From Schizochytrium sp. TIO01 (lineage: Eukaryota > Protista > Bigyra: Labyrinthulomycetes), in contig SMSO01000035.1 in the NCBI GenBank assembly GCA_004764695.1, positions 3,236,040 to 3,300,039 of the forward strand: DNA of 64,000 bases, read 5' to 3'. The notes beneath the pieces are model-generated. The model was not told the DNA's origin. It made no database searches and saw nothing but the letters and a program-made list of their open reading frames with translations. The position numbers were made by a program, and so were the translations under genes. Below, piece by piece: positions 49,136-58,816 of this stretch; the stretch's first letter is position 1, and the number at the start of each line of letters is the position of its first letter.

Positions 49136-51199
49136 TCAGTTACTAGATTTAGTCAGTATGTTTCGAAGTTCCCTACACTCCGCTTCCCTAGACTTCTCGA
49201 AGTCATCTGAACTCATAGTATCAGCACGCTTGGCTAAAGCAAAGTCGATGAACATAGGTTCTCCTGTTTCTTTGTGACGAAGAATATTGTTCTTGCTCAA
49301 ATCGCCGTGTAAAACACCATGGTCGTGGATTTTGACTAGAGACTGAACGGCCTTGTCCACGAACTCGCCACTGAAAGTTGCCTCACTCGAAACATTCTCA
49401 CCTGAATAGACAGTACCAAGGGCGTATAGAAAACCCTCCCTAAAGTAACCAATATCGACAAACTCCGGGATGCATTCGCCCTGTAGCGAGGCAAGTTCCC
49501 TGTAGATTGAAGCTTCATGTTTGAGTTCAGGTACCTTCTCTTGCTGCTTAAACATGTCCAAAATCTTCAACACGGTGTCCACTTCGCCTGTCTTCAGGGG
49601 TATCTGAGCACGCACCGCTTGACCCGTGGACCCAGGTACTAGATGCTCCCGATCGTGTAGATCAATGAAGTACAATGGCGCTCCATCTAAAGTCAGGTGT
49701 GAACCGATGAAGCTATCGTCCGGTGGAGAATTATGAGTTCCATGGCTATCATTTTTGCGGTCATTTTTCGCATTGCAAGCCTCTGGTAGCTTTGTGTGAC
49801 CTTGACAAGGACCACCATTATGACCGTCTGGACAGGGTATAAGCAAACCATCTATACCGCTACCTTTGAATTCGGGTACCGCACCATCGTAGGCAATCAT
49901 AATACTGAGTGCAAGAAACTGTAGCACGCTGACCTGGTCCTGCTCTATATTCCCCTTGGTGTTTTCCGAAATAGGCTCAGTGGTCAGCAAATTTCCTGAA
50001 CAGTCTCTGTATAACCCAAACGTCTGCTTATAGTTGGTGTAGATGCCAACAAAGACACCGTTTCGTACCATGTAATTGTACAACTGGCGAATAATTGAGT
50101 GTCTCGTATGCCGCTGCGACTGACAAGCTTCATCTTGACATCCTGCGTCACAATAGGTATCAGCGAGACTGTCGAATTCATAAGCAATACCTTTGAATTC
50201 GCCAACAATCACTGGTATATCTTCAGCATCTGGATCGTGATTACGACAAAGTATACCAAAGTCTGGATTGCCTACAATACGTCTCGTGTTACCGAGAAGA
50301 AGAACAGTTTTCTTGGGGAGATAAGGATTCTCTTCCTCTTTGAAGGTTTGTTCAACTATACTGAAGATGTCACCGAATGGTACGGTAATCGACGTCTCGG
50401 CACCTAATATACGGGTTTGTAGAATTTCCATCATTTTATCCACGTTGTGGGTTGTATGGGACATTTTGAGGCACTCAATGTAATTCTTTTCCTTGCAATA
50501 GCTCACGAATGAACTTATAGGCAAATTACGTACTTTCACAGGTGTTGCATAGTAGTTCTTCATGTTAGAAAGATCTGTTGGATTGGCCTGGCCTGGATCG
50601 CTTTGATCCAAGACTGGACATTCCGTGCTTAAGGCATCGATAACAGGAGCGGGGGATAATTTTTCGTTCATAGCGTCCAGCAGCTCTTTATTAATCTTTT
50701 CAAGGTCTGCAATTTTGTCAAAAACTTTATCCCGATGGCTTTTTTCGACAGATATATCATCGAGAATATGCTTTAGGAAACTTTTTTTCTTACAGATAGT
50801 TTCAAAGGTTAGCAACCCCTGCATGAATTGTCGTCTGTCTTTGCCATGTAGCTGTTGAACATGATCTTTAAACTCATCGTCTGACACATCATCACCAAGA
50901 GTTGATACACGCGCTCTAATAAAATGAGCATCTTCTTCTGACACTTGCATGTTAAACGAGCTTTCCAATTCACTAATTTTGTTCAGAAATGCTCTTCGAT
51001 CAGCATAAATCTCATCCAGTCGTGCATCTGACTTATTTAGCTTTTCGGATGCCTCTGCGATCCTTGTTCTATTCTCATCGATGGTTCTCAAAGCCAGCTC
51101 TCGAAAATGTTCCACAGGTCTAAATTGGGCACTAGGATCGTTGGGGGAACTGATCATCCCCCTCGCGGCTTGTCTCAAAGTAGTTGTAAATCTACGCAT
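49136..51199 (-). CDS. Coiled coil + PD-(D/E)xK restriction-endonuclease-like domain + atypical protein kinase (Crinkler-related REase-kinase architecture)
   Basis: REase-like: NPDFGIL...VIVGEFK and RQLYNYM....VGIYTNY. Kinase: VLKI, LKHEASIY..LASLQGECIP, IHDHGVLHGDLSKNNIL and IDFALA. Confidence 0.8.
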   Translation of the reverse strand: MRRFTTTLRQAARGMISSPNDPSAQFRPVEHFRELALRTIDENRTRIAEASEKLNKSDARLDEIYADRRAFLNKISELESSFNMQVSEEDAHFIRARVSTLGDDVSDDEFKDHVQQLHGKDRRQFMQGLLTFETICKKKSFLKHILDDISVEKSHRDKVFDKIADLEKINKELLDAMNEKLSPAPVIDALSTECPVLDQSDPGQANPTDLSNMKNYYATPVKVRNLPISSFVSYCKEKNYIECLKMSHTTHNVDKMMEILQTRILGAETSITVPFGDIFSIVEQTFKEEENPYLPKKTVLLLGNTRRIVGNPDFGILCRNHDPDAEDIPVIVGEFKGIAYEFDSLADTYCDAGCQDEACQSQRHTRHSIIRQLYNYMVRNGVFVGIYTNYKQTFGLYRDCSGNLLTTEPISENTKGNIEQDQVSVLQFLALSIMIAYDGAVPEFKGSGIDGLLIPCPDGHNGGPCQGHTKLPEACNAKNDRKNDSHGTHNSPPDDSFIGSHLTLDGAPLYFIDLHDREHLVPGSTGQAVRAQIPLKTGEVDTVLKILDMFKQQEKVPELKHEASIYRELASLQGECIPEFVDIGYFREGFLYALGTVYSGENVSSEATFSGEFVDKAVQSLVKIHDHGVLHGDLSKNNILRHKETGEPMFIDFALAKRADTMSSDDFEKSREAECRELRNILTKSSN

Positions 51200-51314
51200 T
51201 TTGCCAGCGCGTTTCGGGTCTGCCGTGAAGCTAAACCTTCGGGATAATGGTATAATATAACTAATTCATAGATAGATGAATACTTTAAAATATAGTACCG
51301 GGTTAATGTATCAT

Positions 51315-51427
51315 ATAGGCGAAAATAGTTAGGACGGTTTATTAGGAGGCCTGGTAGCACTCTCATAGGCGAAAATAGTTGGGATGGCTTTATTATGAGT
51401 TTGGTAAGACGAAAATAACTGGGTAGG
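51315..51427. repeat. About 2.5 copies of a ~50-bp direct repeat (ataggcgaaaatagtt...) upstream of the REase-kinase
   Basis: ataggcgaaaatagtt at 51315 and 51365; variant taagacgaaaataact at 51405. Confidence 0.8.
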
Positions 51428-51883
51428 AATAGAGCGAGGGAGTGTAAATCGTTTCAGTGACTAGATCTTTCGTTTGTGTAAGCAGATATGATCAAATTCG
51501 TGATCAACGCAGGTACTAATTAATAGGTAGGTCTGTTAAAAACCTTAAGGGCATATTGGAACCAGTTTAGTTAATGTAAGTGTAGTTGAAACCATTGTTT
51601 CTAGTTTGTTTTTTTGTTTTGAATTATTAACATTTTTTATTAAAATTAAAATTAAAATGCTATATTTTACCTTTTATTGAAAAAAGCAATTGTTACGCTG
51701 TCTCGAAAATACATCCTAATTCCATGGGTGAAAAGTAAGAAAACAGAAAGTTGATTTCAAACTCCCTATTCCTGACACGCCGAGCGGATTCTGAATATTT
51801 CTGAGAAATCACATACTCAGTTGCCTCGCGTAGCATCATCTGCTCAATTTGATCACCAAGGTCTTCTGAAGCTGATACCATTT

Positions 51884-52408
51884 CTACATAAACAGAAATG
51901 CGTTCTTCTCACGAAGGAAGGTACGGTTTGTATAGTTTTCCCGGAGAATGAGATATTCATGTATCAGTTTCTTCAACTTGTCACTTCTTCTATAATCACC
52001 AAGTTCCTTGATATCTTTTCGCAACTCCGCTGTGCTATATTCTTCAGTTTCGTGATCCATGATAACATTATTTCCATTCCCCTGGATCCCAATTTCAAGC
52101 AGTCCCTTATCGATGTATAACTGCGTCATCTTTTGACAGAAAATGATACATTCTTGTGGATTTGTGCGATCGATCTTTAAATACTCTGTGTTAAGAGCTA
52201 GTGTTCGATCACTGATTGACTGCCGCGTGATCACTGAATGTTGTTTGATTTCCTTGCAATGACGAGATTCTTGGACTGCGCCATGGAGTGGGCATATAAC
52301 TGTCTCTATGGATGGACCACACATCGCGTCCTCTTCATTCGCTCCTCGCCTCTCGCCCTCGGTTGGTAAGTTAAACCGCACGCGCTTCGCACGTCTCTTA
52401 TCCTGCAT
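51884..52408 (-). CDS. Hypothetical protein with a basic N-terminus containing KRVRF (RVxF-like)
   Basis: 174-aa ORF in an AT-rich region; no recognised domain. Confidence 0.55.
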   Translation of the reverse strand: MQDKRRAKRVRFNLPTEGERRGANEEDAMCGPSIETVICPLHGAVQESRHCKEIKQHSVITRQSISDRTLALNTEYLKIDRTNPQECIIFCQKMTQLYIDKGLLEIGIQGNGNNVIMDHETEEYSTAELRKDIKELGDYRRSDKLKKLIHEYLILRENYTNRTFLREKNAFLFM

Positions 52409-52471
52409 CCTTGCATTACACTCCCTCGTCGCGTGTCTCCCGTTCCGCTGAAGCTGGTCGTTGATAGGGGT

Positions 52472-52705
52472 TTACCACTTAAAATAACCAAGGGCGAGTA
52501 AGTTAAATAAACAAGTATACAGTAATAGGATGAATGTGGCAGTAACTGCGCCTAGCTTTTCGTTGATTAGATGCAGGGCTAAAACCTCTATAGCAATCAT
52601 AATTACTATACAAATAAAACAACCATTGTCATGTTTTATTTCGTAAATAAATCTGTCTGGTGTTGAAGTAAGAACTTTCGTGATAAGTTCTAAAAACGTT
52701 CTCAT
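52472..52705 (-). CDS. Small hypothetical two-TM protein
   Basis: 77-aa ORF with two hydrophobic helices that fills the gap between neighbours. Confidence 0.4.
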   Translation of the reverse strand: MRTFLELITKVLTSTPDRFIYEIKHDNGCFICIVIMIAIEVLALHLINEKLGAVTATFILLLYTCLFNLLALGYFKW

Positions 52706-52793
52706 TGAAAGATACCACTAGAGATATAAGTATTTATCCTTAGTCATGTATATGTATAGGAAAACTATCTCTGTACCGCACACAGTAAGTAAT

Positions 52794-53312
52794 ATGATGG
52801 GCTTCCATAATAAAGTCCTACTTGCATTTTTACTCTTTATTATTAAAAATTCTGAAGCATTCTATAATGTAAGCACCTATCCTAGCACTCTGCCAGATAA
52901 CACTAGTGATGCAACTTATATTGAAGGGGTTACTAAAGAATCAGCTTGTTTAAACCTATGTGTCATGGCACAAGATTGTGAAGCGGTAGGTTATTCATCA
53001 GTTCTTAGAAGCTGTATTGTATTCCCCACCTTCAAGGCTGTCACGCTGATTGAAAATGTATCCTATGATGTCTTCACGATTGAATATCAATATGACACAG
53101 ATGTAGATGACACTACCACTTTGGTTAAAGCAATGCATTCATTAGATTACACGTACACTGTGCAAGGTCAAATGACTTTTAACAATGTCAAACTTTTTGT
53201 GTGTGTCGTAAGTATATTAAGCGGGCTATTTTATAGCGTTCTATCATATCATATGGCAGATCTTTTCATAAAGGGTGATAAGAGAAGAATTATAATCCCT
53301 AGTAATGTTTAA
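52794..53312 (+). CDS. Type I membrane protein with one PAN/apple-like domain
   Basis: Signal peptide (KVLLAFLLFII...SEA); CLNLC.....C.AVGY.....SC pattern; C-terminal TM. Confidence 0.7.
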   Translation: MMGFHNKVLLAFLLFIIKNSEAFYNVSTYPSTLPDNTSDATYIEGVTKESACLNLCVMAQDCEAVGYSSVLRSCIVFPTFKAVTLIENVSYDVFTIEYQYDTDVDDTTTLVKAMHSLDYTYTVQGQMTFNNVKLFVCVVSILSGLFYSVLSYHMADLFIKGDKRRIIIPSNV

Positions 53313-54426
53313 GCACATTCACAACTTCATTATTCTAATTATTCTTATTTCGAACACATCAGGCACACCAGTGAAATCCAGTTCGTGGAACTGCTCGTCA
53401 TCAGATCAGGTGTCTGAAGTAAATTCTGCATATGGTAATGTTTTAGACTGTATATTTGATGTAAACATCACACTAGATGAATCTAACTGGACTGAAACGT
53501 GCCAGTATGGACTTGTTGATACAGATGCACTTAAGTCGAGTGTCATTCCCTCTGCTACATATTACACATGCGATAGTGGCTACACCACTCAAGTATCAGC
53601 CCGTGTAACTGGTGCGGAGGCATATGAAGCATGTGTTGAACAATGCCTGGAACTCGAGGATTTCAAATGTAGGTCCATACGCATAGAAACAGTTTATACT
53701 GATGTGTTGTACACGTGCAATCTCATGAGTTGTTACATAGGCGAAACGATAACATTTGATGAAAACAGCACTTATGCGGAACGTTTACCCCGTGCTTCAT
53801 TGGAGACTACAAATACGAATAACCTTGTACGTTCCATCTGGCTGATGGAACCCCATCTCTGCTACGGCAGGTTTCCAACGTATCCACCAACCGTTGAATA
53901 TAATACGAACGATGAATATTTTTCAGGCTTCCAGGAACCCATCATAAACATGACACTTTCAAGTGAAAATCTAGTCCAGAGTTTTAGTAGAATATCATTG
54001 GACGAATGTGCTCAACTATATAATTCTTACACTGTGTTTGTATGTGCAGCGTTTGTTTATCGTGCTGTGTTAGGTAGCGTGGCATACTGTGATATCCACG
54101 ACGCATATGCACTTCGTTTTCAAGAAGAGGATGATCACGCTGCAATTTACATAGCTAAAGTACTTTATGGTAGTGCAGAACCAGTAAATGACGCATCAAG
54201 TACGTTCTTATCAACAAGCGCAGTCGAGTCCCCGTATTATAATACAATCAAGCATGAGAATATCACCCGCGTCATTAAAATGGCGGAAAGAAGTATGCTC
54301 AGTAGTACATTCCTCATGAATGCTATTTTAACAACACTTCTTCTTACTTTGTCTATGTTTCATTGGCATTTTGTAGACGTTATTATTCCCAGGGTCGAAT
54401 ATTCACAAATCCCACAGATGGAGTGA
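53305..54426 (+). CDS. Type I membrane protein with two PAN/apple-like domains
   Basis: Signal peptide; ACVEQCLELEDFKCRSI...CNL and LDECAQ...CAAFVY...CDI; C-terminal TM and YSQI tail. The start overlaps the previous stop (ATGTTTAA). Confidence 0.75.
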   Translation: MFKHIHNFIILIILISNTSGTPVKSSSWNCSSSDQVSEVNSAYGNVLDCIFDVNITLDESNWTETCQYGLVDTDALKSSVIPSATYYTCDSGYTTQVSARVTGAEAYEACVEQCLELEDFKCRSIRIETVYTDVLYTCNLMSCYIGETITFDENSTYAERLPRASLETTNTNNLVRSIWLMEPHLCYGRFPTYPPTVEYNTNDEYFSGFQEPIINMTLSSENLVQSFSRISLDECAQLYNSYTVFVCAAFVYRAVLGSVAYCDIHDAYALRFQEEDDHAAIYIAKVLYGSAEPVNDASSTFLSTSAVESPYYNTIKHENITRVIKMAERSMLSSTFLMNAILTTLLLTLSMFHWHFVDVIIPRVEYSQIPQME

Positions 54427-54496
54427 ACAAGTAAAACTATATAACTAACATACATATGAAATTTGAACAGAAATTATTAGATAGATAGAACGAAGC

Positions 54497-56518
54497 ATGT
54501 CAGTAAACATGCGTAAAAAGAGTAACTCAACGTCTCGTCTTTTTGTCACAAGTGCTCTTCGATTATGGTTTGTCCTAATCAATCCGCTCTTGATGATTAG
54601 TCTTGTATTAGTCGCCATGTACATTTCTGTTCAGGAGACAGGAGTATGTATTCCACTCAACCATAGTACATCAGTGGAGGTGGCTTTCACAAGTGAAAAA
54701 ATTGTATGCGATTCATTGTCTAGTTCTTCATCGACAACATCAAGTTCCACATCAAGTAATTCCGATGACTATGCAAATATAATTGAGGAGGTTACTTCTA
54801 GTCCAACGGCAGATAGCAACGATCCCCAATCTACAAATGCACCGACTCTAAACCCGACACCATATCCTACCGTCGCTGGAGCTCCAACTACATCAGGACC
54901 CACAACTGCGCCAACTGCGCGCACAGCCAGTGATATAGAGGCGATTACGGGCTCTAGTTATACAAGCGGCAAAGACCCCTATCTTGCATTCGGTAATCTT
55001 GTTATTCAATTAGACACTGATGGCACATTCGGTCTTTACTACGAACCCCTTGGTCTGAGTATATCTTCTGATATCCAGACTTGCACATTGATCAATGTCG
55101 ATAGCGATGAAGAAATCACGAGGGAATGTTCAATCGATACTGATGGTCAAGTTATCACAGTACAGGTGGGTACCAATATAACTACATTATATCCCTATTC
55201 GAGGTGGGATCTTTATGCTGATAACACATTTGTTGTATCAAATCTTCAATTTGGGGTTGTTTTTATTTGCGCTGGCGAAGAGTCGAGTGCACTGCCTATA
55301 GAACATGACCTTGCAGCAGATTCCTTTCGATCTCGCTACGACTCTCGAATTTTTCACATGAGGTATGGTATTGCCACGATTGCATCGGATCCACTTCCGT
55401 ATGGATGGTCAAATTCTGAAGAGAGTCTTGAAGATGCTTCTTCATCGTGTTACAGTTTTGCACTAAATTACTTAGAGGAATACCCTGATACTAATTTCAT
55501 AGGACTTGTAGTGATTTCATTACCTCAAATAAGTATCGGTAATTGGTACCCATACGAGATTGACTCTTTGAGTGACGAGACCGGCTATGAACAGGGGTTT
55601 CATCAACTCGAGTCCAGCACTGTGGAAGCTCTCTTAGTTCAATATGGTAACAGTTTTATGACGGAGGATGATGTTTCAGATTTTCAAGATAAATATTATG
55701 ATTACTTTTTCACAAATTATTGGCGCGAAGCACATCCGCTGTCTAAAATTGCAATTATCGGTGTTGATGTCCAGGATATAAATTCAGCAGGTCTCGCAAC
55801 AAAGGCTAGACTTGCTTTCCACGATACAGTTGAATCTCTAGGCGATTCCTTGACAACATATGTGAGTGTGTACGATTTACCAGATCCTTATTATAGAACT
55901 GAAGGTACAATTACTCTTAGTAACGCATCATGTTCCGAGTCGTCGATTGCAAGTCAACCCTGGTTTATCAAGGGTTGGTGTGAAAATGCCGATGACTCGA
56001 CTGCATTTGGTAAAGAGAAAGTAGGCGTTCCGCGCCTGAGAGGGCCTGTCGGTTACAGAGCCTTTCGACAGTTGTACATGTCGGAGGAGCCAGCGCAAAT
56101 TAGTAGTATGACTAAGATAAGTTCGGATGAAATTGAACTAGTGTTTGATCGAGCAGTTGCCTTCTTAGTGCCAACACCTGCAACAGAAAATGCAACTTCA
56201 CATCCCTTTAGATGGAGTCCTCTATCTTCTTCAAGTTACTATGGTTTTAGTGATTCGTCGGAGACAATTGATAGTACTTATGTAAGTCTGTCGGAGGATG
56301 GCCTTACACTTACCATCGTTAGAACTGATGTGAGTGAAGACCTATCAGACACAACATTAAGTCAGGTTTTCTTCGGCGAAACTTATTTTCCATGTTGTGG
56401 CGATATCGTTGACCCTGACATTGCATCGACTGAAGACCTAGTATGCGTCCCGATGTCATGTGGACTAACATTGGCAAACAACTCATACATTCCTGTAGCA
56501 ATTTTTGGCACGTCCTGA
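54497..56518 (+). CDS. Type II membrane protein: Ser/Thr/Pro stalk + sialate O-acetylesterase (SIAE/SASA)-like domain, probably catalytically dead
   Basis: NLQFGVVFICAGEES vs consensus dVlfGdVWlCsGQSN; SCYSFA...IGLVVISLPQISIGNW; YWRE; PRLRGPVGYR vs HP.nK..vG.R. Confidence 0.6.
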   Translation: MSVNMRKKSNSTSRLFVTSALRLWFVLINPLLMISLVLVAMYISVQETGVCIPLNHSTSVEVAFTSEKIVCDSLSSSSSTTSSSTSSNSDDYANIIEEVTSSPTADSNDPQSTNAPTLNPTPYPTVAGAPTTSGPTTAPTARTASDIEAITGSSYTSGKDPYLAFGNLVIQLDTDGTFGLYYEPLGLSISSDIQTCTLINVDSDEEITRECSIDTDGQVITVQVGTNITTLYPYSRWDLYADNTFVVSNLQFGVVFICAGEESSALPIEHDLAADSFRSRYDSRIFHMRYGIATIASDPLPYGWSNSEESLEDASSSCYSFALNYLEEYPDTNFIGLVVISLPQISIGNWYPYEIDSLSDETGYEQGFHQLESSTVEALLVQYGNSFMTEDDVSDFQDKYYDYFFTNYWREAHPLSKIAIIGVDVQDINSAGLATKARLAFHDTVESLGDSLTTYVSVYDLPDPYYRTEGTITLSNASCSESSIASQPWFIKGWCENADDSTAFGKEKVGVPRLRGPVGYRAFRQLYMSEEPAQISSMTKISSDEIELVFDRAVAFLVPTPATENATSHPFRWSPLSSSSYYGFSDSSETIDSTYVSLSEDGLTLTIVRTDVSEDLSDTTLSQVFFGETYFPCCGDIVDPDIASTEDLVCVPMSCGLTLANNSYIPVAIFGTS

Positions 56519-56687
56519 GTGATGATAACTTGTAGTTTATATTATTTGAACTCGATACATAAGTTGTAGTTTGTTTATATCATGAAAGATCTATTTCACA
56601 TTTAAGTGTGCATAAAATTGCTCCTTAAAAAAAAATAAGAAGGATTCAGCTTAATTATTGTTTTAATATTATTGTTAATTTTTGTAC

Positions 56688-58645
56688 ATGACGAAACAAA
56701 AGTACCACAATGTTAAAAAATCTCATTCTAAACACGAATCTGATAACAGGATGAGCTACAAAACAAAAAGAACACTTGCATTTGTTGCATTTTTAGTGAT
56801 ATTAATTGGGACTGTAACAGGAGTTGTGGTTTCTAACTCATCAAACACAACAACGGAGTCTTCTTCAAGTAGCTCCTCGTCATCGAAGTCTTCTATTACA
56901 TCAACAGTATCAGACTCCTCTGCTTACTCCTCGGATGACTATACAAGTGAAACTTACAGCAGCGGCAACAGTAGCAGCAGTAGCGGAGATGATTATACAA
57001 CTCAAGTCCAAACATCAGCGCCAACCTCTAAACCTACGGCAAAGCCAACATCATCAACATCAACATCAACATCAGCCCCGACCACACCGACAAGCAAACC
57101 AACCGCATATCCAACAATTAACCCATCTGATGTTACAGTCGTGGACCTAACAAACAGTAAAACTCACAGCGATGTTGAATTTCGTGTCGTCAATACAGAA
57201 TCAGCCCTTGGGTATAGCCCATATTTAGAGCAAGGAAACGTCTCTGACTTTGGTAGATTTAAGCTTTCTGACTATGGATACCTCCGAACTTTAGTTCCTG
57301 ACTTTAAAGACATTACTTACTCTATGATTGGCTACCCAGAATCTACTGATAATACTATCAGTGATGATGACTATTGGGCTTATTTCGTGAATAAAATGGC
57401 ACTTTGGTCAAACTACACATATTCAATCAAAAATAACGGTGATTATGGATTCAAGAGATACACATTGGCAAAAAAGAGCTCATTTAAAGGCAAATGTGTC
57501 TCAGTTCGTAAGAAACTACTCACACTTGCAAAGAAGGATAAGACGAATTTCGTATCTAACAAGAGCACCCAGCATTATTTTGCGGCAATTTGTTACATTG
57601 GTGCAGGCAATGGAGCTGTTATTCAATTAGCCAATGGAAGTTTACCCAGTTATTTTCATGAATATGGTCATTTACTTCAATGGAATCACAACCATCTCTT
57701 CCAAAGACTCGACGATGGGCGCTGGGGTCAACTCGCCGAATACGGAGATCACTTCTCGTGCTCTGGTGGTATGGAGCTTTCTCGTGGCATCGATCACTAT
57801 GGCCCTGAAGGCTATACACCTGCACAAAAGCACGCATTTGGCTGGTTTGATGAAGACGATTATATCAATTTAGTCCCTGGAAACACTTATCGCCTGCGTA
57901 CTGTTTGGGAGAACACAATTGTTAATTCATCATATCCCATGGCTCTCTTTTATCGAGACCTTGTGTATGACTCTGAATCATGGTTCTCATTTTACAGATA
58001 TCCAAAGGTTTTTAGCTCAACATATGAGGAAGACCAGGGTGACAATGCACATGGAGATGGAATGGGGTTTGTGTTTCATGTTGCCTCTGGCAATACAAAA
58101 TCAAAACCTAGGAACCACGCCACACAAATTACCACATTCGGTAAGAATTACACTCATCATAATGGTTTGCGTTTCGAAACGGTGGATTTTAATCGAGACT
58201 ATGTAGATGTTCGAGTCACTTACGATAAGGCAGACCAGACAACGTGGGTTCCACAGTATAATATTTATCAAACAAAGATTAAATCTGGCAGTTCAACTCG
58301 GTATGCACAGACTACAGTTACTGCGAAATTACAAAGAAACTAGATGAGTATACTATAGACCCATTTTCAATCGACAATTATGCAACTGTGGTGTGTGATT
58401 GGGGTACTTACACTAATGGAGTTGAAGGCCTACCATCAATGATTGGACCTGGGTTGAAGTTTGCTGGTTCTGTTTTGGTTTACAAAAAACCAGTCACGAC
58501 TAACATGGAACATCAAACTATATCCGTGACAGTTAGTTATTCAAGCAAAAAGAAATTAACAAGTTCTGAGAATAATACGAGCTATCAGTGTACTTTAAAG
58601 ATAGGTCGTTTCCTGTGGCAGGATATTCTCATTTCATTCAAATAA
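56688..58645 (+). CDS. Type II membrane M11 (gametolysin-like) zinc metalloprotease, with a 1-nt frameshift at about 58341
   Basis: N-terminal TM, S/T stalk, HEYGHLLQWNH and EYGD.FSC motifs. Homology to the paralog continues in the -1 frame (DEYTIDPFSIDNYATVVCDWG) to the stop at 58645. Confidence 0.75.
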
Positions 58646-58816
58646 CAAATTATCTAACTACCAGTACATAACTTAATATTCACATTTCCATGTTTAAAAA
58701 AGTAACACCGCATACAATTTTTTTTGCATTTGACACTGAAATCCATACATAGACTTCAAAAGAGAGTTAATCATAAGCGCGATATAAGCGATAAAAAAGT
58801 ATTTATTTAAGTACTT

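Noticed and set aside
51693-51881. 62-aa ORF as a frameshifted continuation of 51884-52408
   Set aside because: No homology evidence; cannot be told apart from a small separate gene or a chance ORF
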